Source: Candidatus Woesearchaeota archaeon
GTDB lineage: Archaea > Nanobdellota > Nanobdellia > Woesearchaeales > WJIZ01
Assembly: GCA_018221205.1 (NCBI GenBank)
Contig: JAAOYF010000034.1
Location: forward strand, 1 to 34,771
Length of the DNA stretch: 34,771 nt
Direction of reading: 5' to 3'
The notes below the pieces were generated by a model. It made no database searches. It was not told where the DNA came from and saw only the letters and a list, made by a program, of their open reading frames with translations. This document shows, piece after piece, positions 25,994 through 34,771 of the stretch; position 1 is the first letter of the stretch; each line of letters starts with the position of its first letter. A program made the position numbers and the translations under genes.

Positions 25994-27106
25994 ATGACGA
26001 AAACGAAAAGGGAAGTAGTGGAAAATTTCCTTTTGCAGAAATATAAAGATGTAATTAAGCCACTTCGCACACCTCATAAAGAGATTATTCATCCGTTCAA
26101 AGATGGAAGTTTTGGAGTGAGCATATCAGCGTATGCTATGTATGCCAACGGCTGGAACCCCCGAGGAACAAGTTCCTATTTTGGAGGATTATTGTACCAT
26201 GACGAAGAAACAATCTTTGCTATCGGATATTATAGAAAAAAATCAGATCCAGAAGATGATGATGGATATCTCTTTATTGTTGGCCCAAGAGGAGAAGAAT
26301 CAACTAAAAGGGTGGATGAGCTATCGTCTTTACTACTAGAATCCGATGTTCCATGTAAAGGGGTGTATGTACGATTCTTGACCGTAGAGCAATATGGTAA
26401 TTTATTGCAGCAGGGGTTTCTTCCAGCAAAAGAATCTCCCTGGCATCCAGAATCAGCAGAGGAAGATGAACAATATGGCAATGCATTGGTTTCGCTTGAC
26501 TCTTTACTAGAATTAAACGGAGACGAATTGCTCATCCGACCAGAACATCCTGATTTACGGAGACAATATAATAGGTTCGCCAACTTTCTTGAGAGGAATA
26601 TGATAGAGTACACATTCGAAAACGATCCATTGCCGGGATTCTTCCATAATACGATCACAAGATGGTATGATTTGGTGAAAGATCATTTTAAGTGGCTTAC
26701 AAAAGAGGAAAAGGAATTTGGATCATATCCCGAAGATTACAAAAATCTTATGTATGTTACGCGACACGTCGAAAATGGGTTTAGTTTGTTGGGACGTTTA
26801 AGAGATAGGCCAGTCTCTGTGTTCGTAGGGGAACCATTATCCGATACGCGAATAGGGCTATATGCTTCAATCAGTTTAAGAGATGTTGAGGACTTAGTTA
26901 GAAGAGCTGGATTGTTTCCAGATAGAACCATGGGAATTACTGCTCTGCCGACATTTGCCTTGGTTGAATTATTCAAATTACTGAAAAAGGAGGGCTTCAC
27001 GGAAGTCCATTTAGGCGGTTCTGAAACAGCAGCTATGAATAAATATAAAAGAAGATTAGGAGCAAAGAATATGCCGAGCTATTGGGCAGTAAAATTAAGA
27101 AATTAA
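25994..27106 (+). CDS. Hypothetical protein, probable tandem GNAT fold (DUF2156/Fem/MprF C-terminal-like)
   Basis: Start ATG 25994 after an AGTGA SD. The C-terminal KEGFTEVHLGGSETAAMNKYKRRLG resembles the end of Fem/DUF2156 domains. Confidence 0.55.
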   Translation: MTKTKREVVENFLLQKYKDVIKPLRTPHKEIIHPFKDGSFGVSISAYAMYANGWNPRGTSSYFGGLLYHDEETIFAIGYYRKKSDPEDDDGYLFIVGPRGEESTKRVDELSSLLLESDVPCKGVYVRFLTVEQYGNLLQQGFLPAKESPWHPESAEEDEQYGNALVSLDSLLELNGDELLIRPEHPDLRRQYNRFANFLERNMIEYTFENDPLPGFFHNTITRWYDLVKDHFKWLTKEEKEFGSYPEDYKNLMYVTRHVENGFSLLGRLRDRPVSVFVGEPLSDTRIGLYASISLRDVEDLVRRAGLFPDRTMGITALPTFALVELFKLLKKEGFTEVHLGGSETAAMNKYKRRLGAKNMPSYWAVKLRN

Positions 27107-27915
27107 ACCAACGGTATCTTACCGCCATAAAGCGCTTTAAACTTCTTCCCATCAAATTCAAGAGTGAAGATATCGTTGTTGCAAGACGTGCTTCTCATCT
27201 TAATAACACTGATCTCTCGAGTAACTTTTCGATTCCTTTCAGTAAGCTGCAGATGTATGATGCCATCGGCCAGATAACTCTCGATATCCAGCCGGGTATA
27301 GGAGTTGTCTGCACTTTCCTCTGAGATGATAAAAGCTGAGATGCCCAAATCGCGTAAATATTCAAACAGATAGAAGATGTCGCTTCTCGGATCTTCCATC
27401 TTAGTCAATGAATAGAGGGCAGTGAGTGAGTCGATGATGATTATATCACAAAGGTCTTTCTGGACAAGGGTCTGTGCCATGGTCAATATGCTGGTGATCA
27501 TGCCTGGTCCGAATTCATATTCATTTTTTACCTTCCCTTTTACTTTTTTCCGCAATTCTTTCCTTATGCTGCCGAAATCAATAAGGGTTAATTTGTTCGG
27601 ATCACCACTTTTCAGTCTGCTCAGTCCCTTGATGACATCATTTGCATCATTGAGGACTTCGATATTTATCTTCGATATGTCAAATCCAAGACTGACGACC
27701 TGACGCAGCAAGCTCAAAGAGCTCTGTTCGATCGAGATATAGACACCTTTCTTTCCACTCAATATCTCATTATAGAGGATATTGAAACAGAGACTGCTCT
27801 TCATCGTTCCTGCGCTGCCATGGATGATGACAATATTCTCAGCAGGGATGCCTCCGCCTAACGCATGATCAAAACCGTCGATATAGGACTCTACAACATT
27901 GCGTTTCGCCATCAT
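27103..27915 (-). CDS. Single-domain KaiC-like (RecA-superfamily) ATPase
   Basis: IDGFDHALGGGIP, Walker A GSAGTMKSS, Walker B IIIIDS, YLADGII and VIKMRST. Confidence 0.87.
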   Translation of the reverse strand: MMAKRNVVESYIDGFDHALGGGIPAENIVIIHGSAGTMKSSLCFNILYNEILSGKKGVYISIEQSSLSLLRQVVSLGFDISKINIEVLNDANDVIKGLSRLKSGDPNKLTLIDFGSIRKELRKKVKGKVKNEYEFGPGMITSILTMAQTLVQKDLCDIIIIDSLTALYSLTKMEDPRSDIFYLFEYLRDLGISAFIISEESADNSYTRLDIESYLADGIIHLQLTERNRKVTREISVIKMRSTSCNNDIFTLEFDGKKFKALYGGKIPLV

Positions 27916-28124
27916 TTCACCTTCTGCTTCTTAGAGATCAGCCTCAGATTGAAAAAATTCAATTTCAGGTTCAATATACCATGTTTCTCCAAGAAATCAG
28001 CCCATTCCTCGATCTGTCTTTCCTTCAGGCCAAGGATCTTTGCTGCTTCTTTAGCAGATATCTTTCCCTTTGTATCCACTAACGAAATTAATCTGTCAGC
28101 TTCAGTCTGGATTATTGGGCTCAT
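27912..28124 (-). CDS. Small winged-helix protein
   Basis: ISAKEAAKILGLKERQIEEWADFLEKHGIL; ATGA overlap with the KaiC-like gene. Confidence 0.7.
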   Translation of the reverse strand: MSPIIQTEADRLISLVDTKGKISAKEAAKILGLKERQIEEWADFLEKHGILNLKLNFFNLRLISKKQKVK

Positions 28125-28150
28125 GCTTTTCTATTCCATTACCTACACTT

Positions 28151-28651
28151 TTAAATCTTTTGTAATTCAGGCTTTCCCTCAGGAGTGATGATTTTCATGA
28201 TTTTGTTGACTTTCTCTTCTTCCTGCTTCATCATCTCATTTATCTTGATCATGTTCTCCACACTGATCTCAACTAAGAGGTGATAGAGCAGCCTGATGAA
28301 GTCCCGTACAAGGTCGACGAGCATTCCTTCATTGGGGAATCCAGAGTTATGCAGAACTCTTTCGATGAAATCTTTGTGTTCTGCATCCAGTTCTTGGCTT
28401 ATCTTCTCTCCCAGATCATGGAGAAAGTGTTCTTCTTCATCCCACGCGTTGAGCCCGATGAACTGATAATGTTCGTCTAAAGCTTTAAGCTGCATCCTGA
28501 TAAGGCTTCTGAGGTTCTCAAGGACCAACCCACGTAATTGGAATTTTCTCTGTTCAAATATCCTCTGTTTGAGTTTACATACCTTCTTTAAAGCATACAG
28601 CTCTTTCATCTCTTCGTACAGCTGCCCATTCCACACTCCTTCGATGACCAT
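28151..28651 (-). CDS. Hypothetical helical protein
   Basis: Co-oriented and 1 nt from the upstream stop; 166 aa. Confidence 0.65.
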   Translation of the reverse strand: MVIEGVWNGQLYEEMKELYALKKVCKLKQRIFEQRKFQLRGLVLENLRSLIRMQLKALDEHYQFIGLNAWDEEEHFLHDLGEKISQELDAEHKDFIERVLHNSGFPNEGMLVDLVRDFIRLLYHLLVEISVENMIKINEMMKQEEEKVNKIMKIITPEGKPELQKI

Positions 28652-28652
28652 C

Positions 28653-29675
28653 TTAAAACACCAGGAAGTTCTTGAATGCCACTTTCATGATAAGATATAC
28701 TGAGATGGCGATGATATAGAAGATAGGGATTTTCTTTAGGTCTTGCTTGACATTCCCGTATTTGACTATGCTCATCAGTAGGACAGATATGATACTGTTC
28801 GTTCCCACCATCAGATAGACGAAGAGGTCAAAATAGTACGTAAATTCCCTCTTCGATTCAACAGCATCGAACTGGAAAGGCATTTGAGATGCGCTCGCAC
28901 CGCTCATACTCTCGGTGATCGTGCCCCTGACAGTCTCGATCAACCCAGACATCTTCTGCGTCAAGGCAAACATCAGCGGGCTGATGATAAGGACAGTGAC
29001 AGTGATGAAGAGCATGTAGTTCTCGACCTCACTTGCAAGTTCTTTTCTGGTATTCCTGATAGTGGTGATATTCATGGAGATATCATCAAGCAGGGCAGCG
29101 ATATCCACTCCTGTCCTCAATCCTTCGTTCATATTGCTGATTACCCGCCGCAAGAGCGAAGAATCATATTTTGTGCTGAATTCTCTCAATGGCTCGGTAA
29201 GGTCGCCGGTGGCATACGTCTTTTTAGCAACTTCATTGATCTCCTCTGAAAGGATGCCGAATCTAGGCCTGTTCGCTTTCCAGAGCGATGTGTCTAAAGG
29301 CAGCCCTGCTCTATGGTTGGCCGAGACCAATCGCAAAAACTCAGGCAGGACCTCTTCCAACGTCGTTCTCCTCTTGAATTTTAAGTAGTCTAACGCAAAA
29401 AGGAAGAACAGCCATAAGAGCAGGAAGATGAGCACATAGCCAAGGGTGAACATGATCATAGTGATGATAAAGTAATAATACCAGATGACCTGGAACTTGA
29501 TCATCATCACATAGAAGAAGATAAGGAACGCAAGGTCGATGCCGCCGGCCACGAAATACAGCAGGAGATATACTTTCTGGACATCCATCTTTATTCCGGC
29601 GACGATCAGGTATTTTCGCAAGTGCCGAAACTGCTCGAGAAACGTATTGGTCCTTTTTGAGGCCTTCTTCTTCAT
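28653..29675 (-). CDS. T2SS F / TadC-like platform protein
   Basis: LEEVLPEFLRLVSANHRAGLPL and FGILSEEI motifs with TM helices. Confidence 0.88.
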   Translation of the reverse strand: MKKKASKRTNTFLEQFRHLRKYLIVAGIKMDVQKVYLLLYFVAGGIDLAFLIFFYVMMIKFQVIWYYYFIITMIMFTLGYVLIFLLLWLFFLFALDYLKFKRRTTLEEVLPEFLRLVSANHRAGLPLDTSLWKANRPRFGILSEEINEVAKKTYATGDLTEPLREFSTKYDSSLLRRVISNMNEGLRTGVDIAALLDDISMNITTIRNTRKELASEVENYMLFITVTVLIISPLMFALTQKMSGLIETVRGTITESMSGASASQMPFQFDAVESKREFTYYFDLFVYLMVGTNSIISVLLMSIVKYGNVKQDLKKIPIFYIIAISVYLIMKVAFKNFLVF

Positions 29676-30493
29676 GATTCCACTACCGGCCGGTTGCCAC
29701 CGCTCATCGCAAGGAACATGAGCTGCATAGTCGAGAACAATATCCAGAACCCGAGGATGATGCCCACGTTCATCGTCACACCGATGAAGATCAATGCTGC
29801 AGAGATCATCGCAAACCCTATGGTTGGCAGGATGATCGCGACGATCATATAGAACAACGAAAGGACATTCAGTTTCTTCCCATATTTCTTGAATTCAATC
29901 TTCTGGTTCTCAACTATCTCCTTCACGATTATTCCTAAAGTATGGGAGATGTCAGTTCCTGTCTGAAGATGGTTGATGATCTGCCACAACATGATTCTGA
30001 AGCTTTCAGAAGGCACCAGTTCCACAGCCTCATTCAATGACTCTTCCAGGGAGCTTCCCAGTTTGACTTTGATGACTACATCTCTAAGATATTTCCCGAT
30101 CTCATCAAAGTTCTTCACCAGATTCTGGAATGCATCGAAGATCGGCGCATTAGCTTTCAGATCCAGGACCAGGAACCGGATGGCAGAGGTGATCTCTGCG
30201 TCGATGTTCTTCCTTGAGCGGATGATCTTCACTTCAGGCGTCTTCAAAAAGAACATGAACAGGATGTAGAATCCCATAGGGATGGTGATGAGCATAAGCA
30301 GAAGGACGATATACGAACCGGTGTTTCGTGCGACCGATGCTAATATGAAGAAAATGATGATGTTCAGCCCCACAGCCATCATCATAGCGAGTTTTGCAGA
30401 GTTCTTGACAAAATCCTTATAATAGATATCCATGCGTGCTATTTTCAGATTCCTGATCAGCACTTCCTTGTCGAAAAAGAGATTTCGTCCCAT
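29672..30493 (-). CDS. T2SS F / TadB-C-like platform protein
   Basis: Two N-terminal TMs; GSSLEESL, TGTDI and KYGKKLN...YMIVAIILPT motifs. Confidence 0.87.
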   Translation of the reverse strand: MGRNLFFDKEVLIRNLKIARMDIYYKDFVKNSAKLAMMMAVGLNIIIFFILASVARNTGSYIVLLLMLITIPMGFYILFMFFLKTPEVKIIRSRKNIDAEITSAIRFLVLDLKANAPIFDAFQNLVKNFDEIGKYLRDVVIKVKLGSSLEESLNEAVELVPSESFRIMLWQIINHLQTGTDISHTLGIIVKEIVENQKIEFKKYGKKLNVLSLFYMIVAIILPTIGFAMISAALIFIGVTMNVGIILGFWILFSTMQLMFLAMSGGNRPVVES

Positions 30494-30494
30494 G

Positions 30495-32504
30495 TTAACC
30501 TATCTTCTTGTCTTTACCGATGATATCTTTCATCAGATATTCATTTTCTACATAATATAATGACATGATCTTCCCGACCTGCTCGATATCTTCAAGGTTG
30601 TGTTTCACCAGATATTTCAGCACCCTGATCTTCTCATTCATCATCTCTTGCAGTTCCTCTGTCGTGTTGCCGGTGTATAATTCCAAGGTTTTGAAGAGGG
30701 CGATTGACTTGTTCGCAACTTCCATATTGTCTGTCCGGGGATTGTATTGGTAGAGGACATTCACCTCTCCTGATTTCGTGATCTCTGCCAATTGGAACGT
30801 TCTCCTGATGCCTGTTCGTCTGTTCCTGAACTGTACGATCATCAATGAGATGGCAGGCATCATCGTCTTAGGCACGCTCACAGGAGGATTCGTGAGTCTT
30901 ATTAACGCCTCTTCAGCATTGTTGGCATGGAATGTCGCATAGCAGCTGTGGCCGGTATGGATTGCCTCGAACAAGGTCTCAGCCTGCACCTTCTTACGGA
31001 CCTCTCCCACGATGATTCTGTCGGGACGCATACGCAGGCTATTCACCAGGAGATCCTCCATCTCGATAGCCCCTTTGCCTTCTGGATTCGGCGGTCTGCT
31101 CACCATAGGGATCCAGTGCATATAGCGCGGCAGCCTTATCTCTCGTGTATCCTCTATGCTGATGATTCGCTGGTTGGGAGGTATCAGGTTTGTCAGCACA
31201 TTCAGGGCAGAGGTCTTTCCAGAAGCTGTTCCTCCGACGATCAAAGCGCTCAGCTCATATTGCATTACCAGCCAGATCAATGCTGCAGTGGTATAGTCCA
31301 TGGTCTTTGTCTTCAGAAACTTGGTGATGGTCCAAGGATCATGTGAGAACTTTCTGATTGTGATCGTCGGACCGTCTACCGTGATCGGCTTGATCGTTGC
31401 ATTGACTCGGTCTCCATTGGGCAGGTGCGCGTCAAGGAGAGGGACAAGGGTAGTGATCTCCCTTCCGATCTTTCTGCCAGTCATGCTCGCCAGATGGACA
31501 ATCTGAGTATCATTCTGCAAGTATTGATTGGTCTTGCACCATCCCCATTTCTTATGGTAGATATAGACAGGATCATCACTCCTGTTGATGACGATTTCCT
31601 CAAGATCATCATCTGCTTTGATGATCTCTACAATGCCTAGTCCTAAGACTTTTGAGATGAGATAGCTCACGAGGAATCGTTGGGTCTCGGCCCCGACATG
31701 CGCGAAGCTTTCAGAGACCAGCCTGGCAAGATGATTCTGCACAGTCTTGTCGAGTTTCTCAAAGTCTCCTTCAGCCAATTCTAACGTGCCTAGGTTGATC
31801 TGGTCGATGAGCTTCAGCCGGATCTCTTCAAGGATAAGATCAGTCGTGCCGCTGATGATAGGGATCATCATATGGTAGTACCTGCTCGGCTTCATCCTCT
31901 CGCTGTAGACGATGACCTTGACCGTGATGTCCATATAGTTGAAAGAGTATTCATCAAGGATGGTGATGTTTTTGTTGGTGTGGATGGCCTGCTCGTCCAT
32001 GTCTGGATCAGCGGCCTCTCTCTTTTCAGTCACATCTAATCCTGCAAAGATTGCTTCCACTTGAGTTCGGGCCCAGCCAGCTCCAAGCAGAGTATCCATA
32101 AGGGCTTCTTTGTCGATATCCTTTTCCAAGGCAGAAGAGATATACTTTTTGAGCAGGAGGGTCTTGGCGACCATATCGCTCGTCTTATCTTTATCTCCTG
32201 TATCTTTGAGTAGTTCAGCTACCTGAGATTTGTTCCATCCAGAACTTTCTAATTCTCCCTTGACCTGACCCTTTGTCTTTCCTTTACCGAGTTCATCCGC
32301 GATGAATCTCTTGGCGGTCTGGCTGCTGTCCTCTCCGATAGTCTGAGGGATGCTTGTTTCAACCTTCTCATGGATCTTCTTCAGGGCAGTCCTGGTGCTT
32401 CTCTCAGAGATTCCAGCTTTCTTAAGGTTGGAGACTATCTTAGCTTCAGGGACATTCTTTCTTAGGTGTTCTTCAATATACTGAAGAACCTTTGCATTTA
32501 CCAC
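30495..32504 (-). CDS. CpaF/VirB11-like pilus assembly ATPase with three N-terminal helical repeats
   Basis: GGTASGKT, SIEDTREI, LRMRPDRIIVGEVR and TGHSCYATFHAN; GTG start. Confidence 0.92.
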   Translation of the reverse strand: MVNAKVLQYIEEHLRKNVPEAKIVSNLKKAGISERSTRTALKKIHEKVETSIPQTIGEDSSQTAKRFIADELGKGKTKGQVKGELESSGWNKSQVAELLKDTGDKDKTSDMVAKTLLLKKYISSALEKDIDKEALMDTLLGAGWARTQVEAIFAGLDVTEKREAADPDMDEQAIHTNKNITILDEYSFNYMDITVKVIVYSERMKPSRYYHMMIPIISGTTDLILEEIRLKLIDQINLGTLELAEGDFEKLDKTVQNHLARLVSESFAHVGAETQRFLVSYLISKVLGLGIVEIIKADDDLEEIVINRSDDPVYIYHKKWGWCKTNQYLQNDTQIVHLASMTGRKIGREITTLVPLLDAHLPNGDRVNATIKPITVDGPTITIRKFSHDPWTITKFLKTKTMDYTTAALIWLVMQYELSALIVGGTASGKTSALNVLTNLIPPNQRIISIEDTREIRLPRYMHWIPMVSRPPNPEGKGAIEMEDLLVNSLRMRPDRIIVGEVRKKVQAETLFEAIHTGHSCYATFHANNAEEALIRLTNPPVSVPKTMMPAISLMIVQFRNRRTGIRRTFQLAEITKSGEVNVLYQYNPRTDNMEVANKSIALFKTLELYTGNTTEELQEMMNEKIRVLKYLVKHNLEDIEQVGKIMSLYYVENEYLMKDIIGKDKKIG

Positions 32505-32513
32505 TCTCTTTTT

Positions 32514-32666
32514 TTACCTCTTTTTTTTGATCTCAATAATGAATGTATTCTTGGTGTGCTCTCTGAAAACGACCTCCGTACCTTTGTCTATTCCTTTAAA
32601 CTCTGCAATCTTCTTAGGAAGAGTAATGATAAGCTGATTATTAGGAGTCTTCTGTACTTTAACCAT
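32514..32666 (-). CDS. AbrB/MazE/SpoVT-type DNA-binding protein, 50 aa
   Basis: Hand translation: MVKVQKTPNNQLIITLPKKIAEFKGIDKGTEVVFREHTKNTFIIEIKKKR*; strong AAGGAGGT SD upstream. Confidence 0.82.
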   Translation of the reverse strand: MVKVQKTPNNQLIITLPKKIAEFKGIDKGTEVVFREHTKNTFIIEIKKKR

Positions 32667-32853
32667 GCTCAACCTCCTTTTGGGTCAACTCCTATAAAAA
32701 GGTTACTATTAGAAAACATAGTAAAAAAAGTAATAAAAAGAAGAGTATAACTAATATTAAAAATAATATTAAAAATACTATTATCTCTAAAGCAGGGAAG
32801 CAAGATAACAAATTTTAAATAGCAATCGAATAGAAAACAGATGAGGTGATAGT

Positions 32854-33291
32854 ATTAAAGCACAGTATTCAGTAGAGTTCATGCTAGTGTTCGCCTTCTC
32901 GCTTCTAATCTTGGTTCCAATAATCAGTATTCTCCAATCAGAATACTCTGAAAGCAAGCAGACATTGGATGAAAGCCAGGCCTCTCAGATATTGAATGAG
33001 TTGGCTATCGCAGCCCAGGGTAGGTATTATTCAGGTTATCCTGCTAGGACAACACTCGATCTCTATTTCCCTCGTGGAATAATCGAGTTGAATTCTATAG
33101 TGGTCGATACTGATGAGGGAAAGAAATCCGAGATCTTTGCGCTCATCCAGAGGGGAAGGGCAGAAGTGAAAGTGACCAAGACAGTGCCTTTTGCAGTGAA
33201 CATCACCCTCAAGAATTCTGACGGTAGAAGAAAGATCCTCATAAAAGCAGAAAAGGACAACTACGTCAATATAACAGACCCAGTAGAATGA
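32854..33291 (+). CDS. Pilin-like protein with class III signal peptide (probable ATT start at 32854; first ATG at 32881)
   Basis: In-frame (I/M)KAQYSVEFMLVFAFSLLILVPII precedes and includes the annotated ATG; GAGGTGA SD at 32843-32849. Confidence 0.75.
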   Translation: MKAQYSVEFMLVFAFSLLILVPIISILQSEYSESKQTLDESQASQILNELAIAAQGRYYSGYPARTTLDLYFPRGIIELNSIVVDTDEGKKSEIFALIQRGRAEVKVTKTVPFAVNITLKNSDGRRKILIKAEKDNYVNITDPVE

Positions 33292-34361
33292 AGAAAGCAC
33301 AATATGCTATGGAGTTCATCATGTTCTTCGCTATTCTCTCGATTATCTTCTTTGTTTGGCTTGTCATCTATTCAAATCTTAGCGCAGAGTCTTTTGCAGA
33401 CCGTGACAGAAAAGCTATAGAAGATCTGGGAAAGTCAATTCAATCTCATGTTTCTATTGCCTCATCTGCCTATCCAGGCTATCGCTCTGAAGCGCTCATG
33501 ATTCCCTTGAGGGCAGGCCCTGTACCCTTCATCATCAACAACTCAGAATATGTCATTGAACTGAAGACAGCCAAAGGAGACTTTCTCTTCAATATTCCCT
33601 ATACAGTCGGCAAACTGCAGAAAGGAAAGAACATTCTCTGGAACATCAACGGGATAGTGGCTATTGGGAACGAAACAATATCCAATATCAATCCCCTCAT
33701 CAGAAATGGCTTGGTATTTGCAGTCCATCTTGACAACAGTTCATTGTTGGATGAGAACGAGACAAATCTGACAGGTATCAGTGATAATCACCATAAAGGT
33801 TTCTGCCTCGACGCCTCTAATGCCTGTCCGTTGGTAAAAGAAGGCAAGTATGATAATGCTCGTGACTTTGACGGCACAAATGATGTGATCACAGTAAGGG
33901 ATCATGCAAGCTTAGATTTCGGTACTGATCATTTCACGATTTCCTTATGGGTAAAAGCATCTGCTTCTGGGATTGAGGAATCTCTTATAAGCAAATATGA
34001 TGCAACATTCATCCAGCCAGGATGGGATGTGCGGTTTAATGCTGCCGATCAAATCGAGCTTCTCCAAATCATGGCCGAAGAGATGCCCATTGCTCAGATA
34101 GGAGGTGCACGGGATGATGCATGGCACCACGTGGCTTTTGCAGTGGATAGGGTGAACGATGAAGTGACAGCATACTTGGACAATATTGATTTAGGCGCAA
34201 TACCTCATGCTCCCTTTGGCACATTGGATAACGATGAGGACCTCTTATTGGGTGATGGGAAGGGGAACCTTGATGGAATGCTCGATGAGATTAGGTTATA
34301 TAAGAGACTGCTTTCTCCAGTAGAAATCAATGTCCTGGCAACCTATCCCCCACTCGATTAA
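33288..34361 (+). CDS. Pilin-like protein with class III signal peptide and C-terminal LamG/ConA-like domain
   Basis: MKKA/QYAMEF followed by a hydrophobic helix; FDGTND, FTISLWVK, WHHVAF and GMLDEIRLYKRLLS are LamG-type motifs. Confidence 0.85.
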   Translation: MKKAQYAMEFIMFFAILSIIFFVWLVIYSNLSAESFADRDRKAIEDLGKSIQSHVSIASSAYPGYRSEALMIPLRAGPVPFIINNSEYVIELKTAKGDFLFNIPYTVGKLQKGKNILWNINGIVAIGNETISNINPLIRNGLVFAVHLDNSSLLDENETNLTGISDNHHKGFCLDASNACPLVKEGKYDNARDFDGTNDVITVRDHASLDFGTDHFTISLWVKASASGIEESLISKYDATFIQPGWDVRFNAADQIELLQIMAEEMPIAQIGGARDDAWHHVAFAVDRVNDEVTAYLDNIDLGAIPHAPFGTLDNDEDLLLGDGKGNLDGMLDEIRLYKRLLSPVEINVLATYPPLD

Positions 34362-34771
34362 CCCATATAAGAAGGCTTTTCTTCTTTCATCTGCTTCCCT
34401 TTTGCAGAACTGAATCCACTCTTCAATTCTTCATACGCTTTCTGTATGTCAGGTGTGACAGAAGGAGGGACTTTTTCTAAAGCATCCTCAAAGTTTTTTA
34501 GCGTGACTTCTTTTGCCTTGATATCTTTCCGAAGTGCAAGAATCGCAGCTTCCCTGCAGACAGCCTCGATATCAGCGCCTGCATAGCCAGCTGATTTCTT
34601 GGCTAATTCCTTGATATCAACACCCTTCAGAGGCATCCCTTTTGTATGGACCTTAAAGATCTCCTCTCTGCCTTTGGCATCAGCAGGAGGGACAAGGATG
34701 ATTCGATCAAATCGTCCCGGTCTCAATAATCCGGTGTCGATGATATCAGGCCTGTTGGTCGCAGCCAGGAT
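34358..34771 (-). CDS. cdc48: Cdc48/VCP-family AAA+ ATPase, C-terminal part (runs off the right edge)
   Basis: ILAATNRPDIIDTGLLRPGRFDR and GYAGADIEAVCREAA; C-terminal YMG resembles an HbYX-like tail. Confidence 0.88.
   Translation of the reverse strand: MLAATNRPDIIDTGLLRPGRFDRIILVPPADAKGREEIFKVHTKGMPLKGVDIKELAKKSAGYAGADIEAVCREAAILALRKDIKAKEVTLKNFEDALEKVPPSVTPDIQKAYEELKSGFSSAKGKQMKEEKPSYMG

Noticed and set aside
24517..27106. Integrated element at tRNA-Phe
   Set aside because: No integrase and no duplicated tRNA 3' end (att site) seen in the window.
27103..27915. Circadian clock KaiC or RadA recombinase
   Set aside because: Single domain with no kaiA/kaiB, and no RadA N-terminal HhH domain.
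20038..32504. Archaellum operon
   Set aside because: No archaellin or ArlF/G-like genes; the ATPase and platform genes fit generic type IV pilus/Tad systems.
1..34771. Alternative genetic code or stop-codon readthrough
   Set aside because: Conserved genes are full length under the standard code and use TAA, TAG and TGA as stops.

Overview
A gene-dense archaeal chromosomal segment, most likely from a DPANN archaeon (Woesearchaeota/Nanobdellota-like). The basis is TATA-box promoters, GGTGA-type SD sites, an intron-containing tRNA-Phe, archaeal YchF, oapABC/arvABC, HerA-Mre11, translin, Cdc48 and class III signal peptides. The left part holds housekeeping and repair genes. The middle (about 7.6-16.8 kb) is a mosaic with bacterial-type genes: a GAD-domain AspRS, a cyclophilin, an RsbW-like protein and a bacterial-type tRNA-guanine transglycosylase. 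There, asnS, aspS, a YhhQ queuosine-precursor transporter, two unknown paralogues, a Zn-ribbon protein, tgt and translin cluster together. This suggests a queuine/queuosine salvage module in an archaeon. The right half has two convergent type IV pilus/Tad-like ATPase plus platform operons, each led by a tiny DNA-binding gene absent from the ORF track (RHH and AbrB-type). It also holds a KaiC-like ATPase, three paralogous membrane proteins, and two pilin-like genes, one of which appears to need a non-canonical ATT start. Several intergenic spacers carry dense hairpin arrays. I saw no CRISPR array, rRNA, integrase or transposase. All family calls come from motifs recognised by eye, with no database searches.
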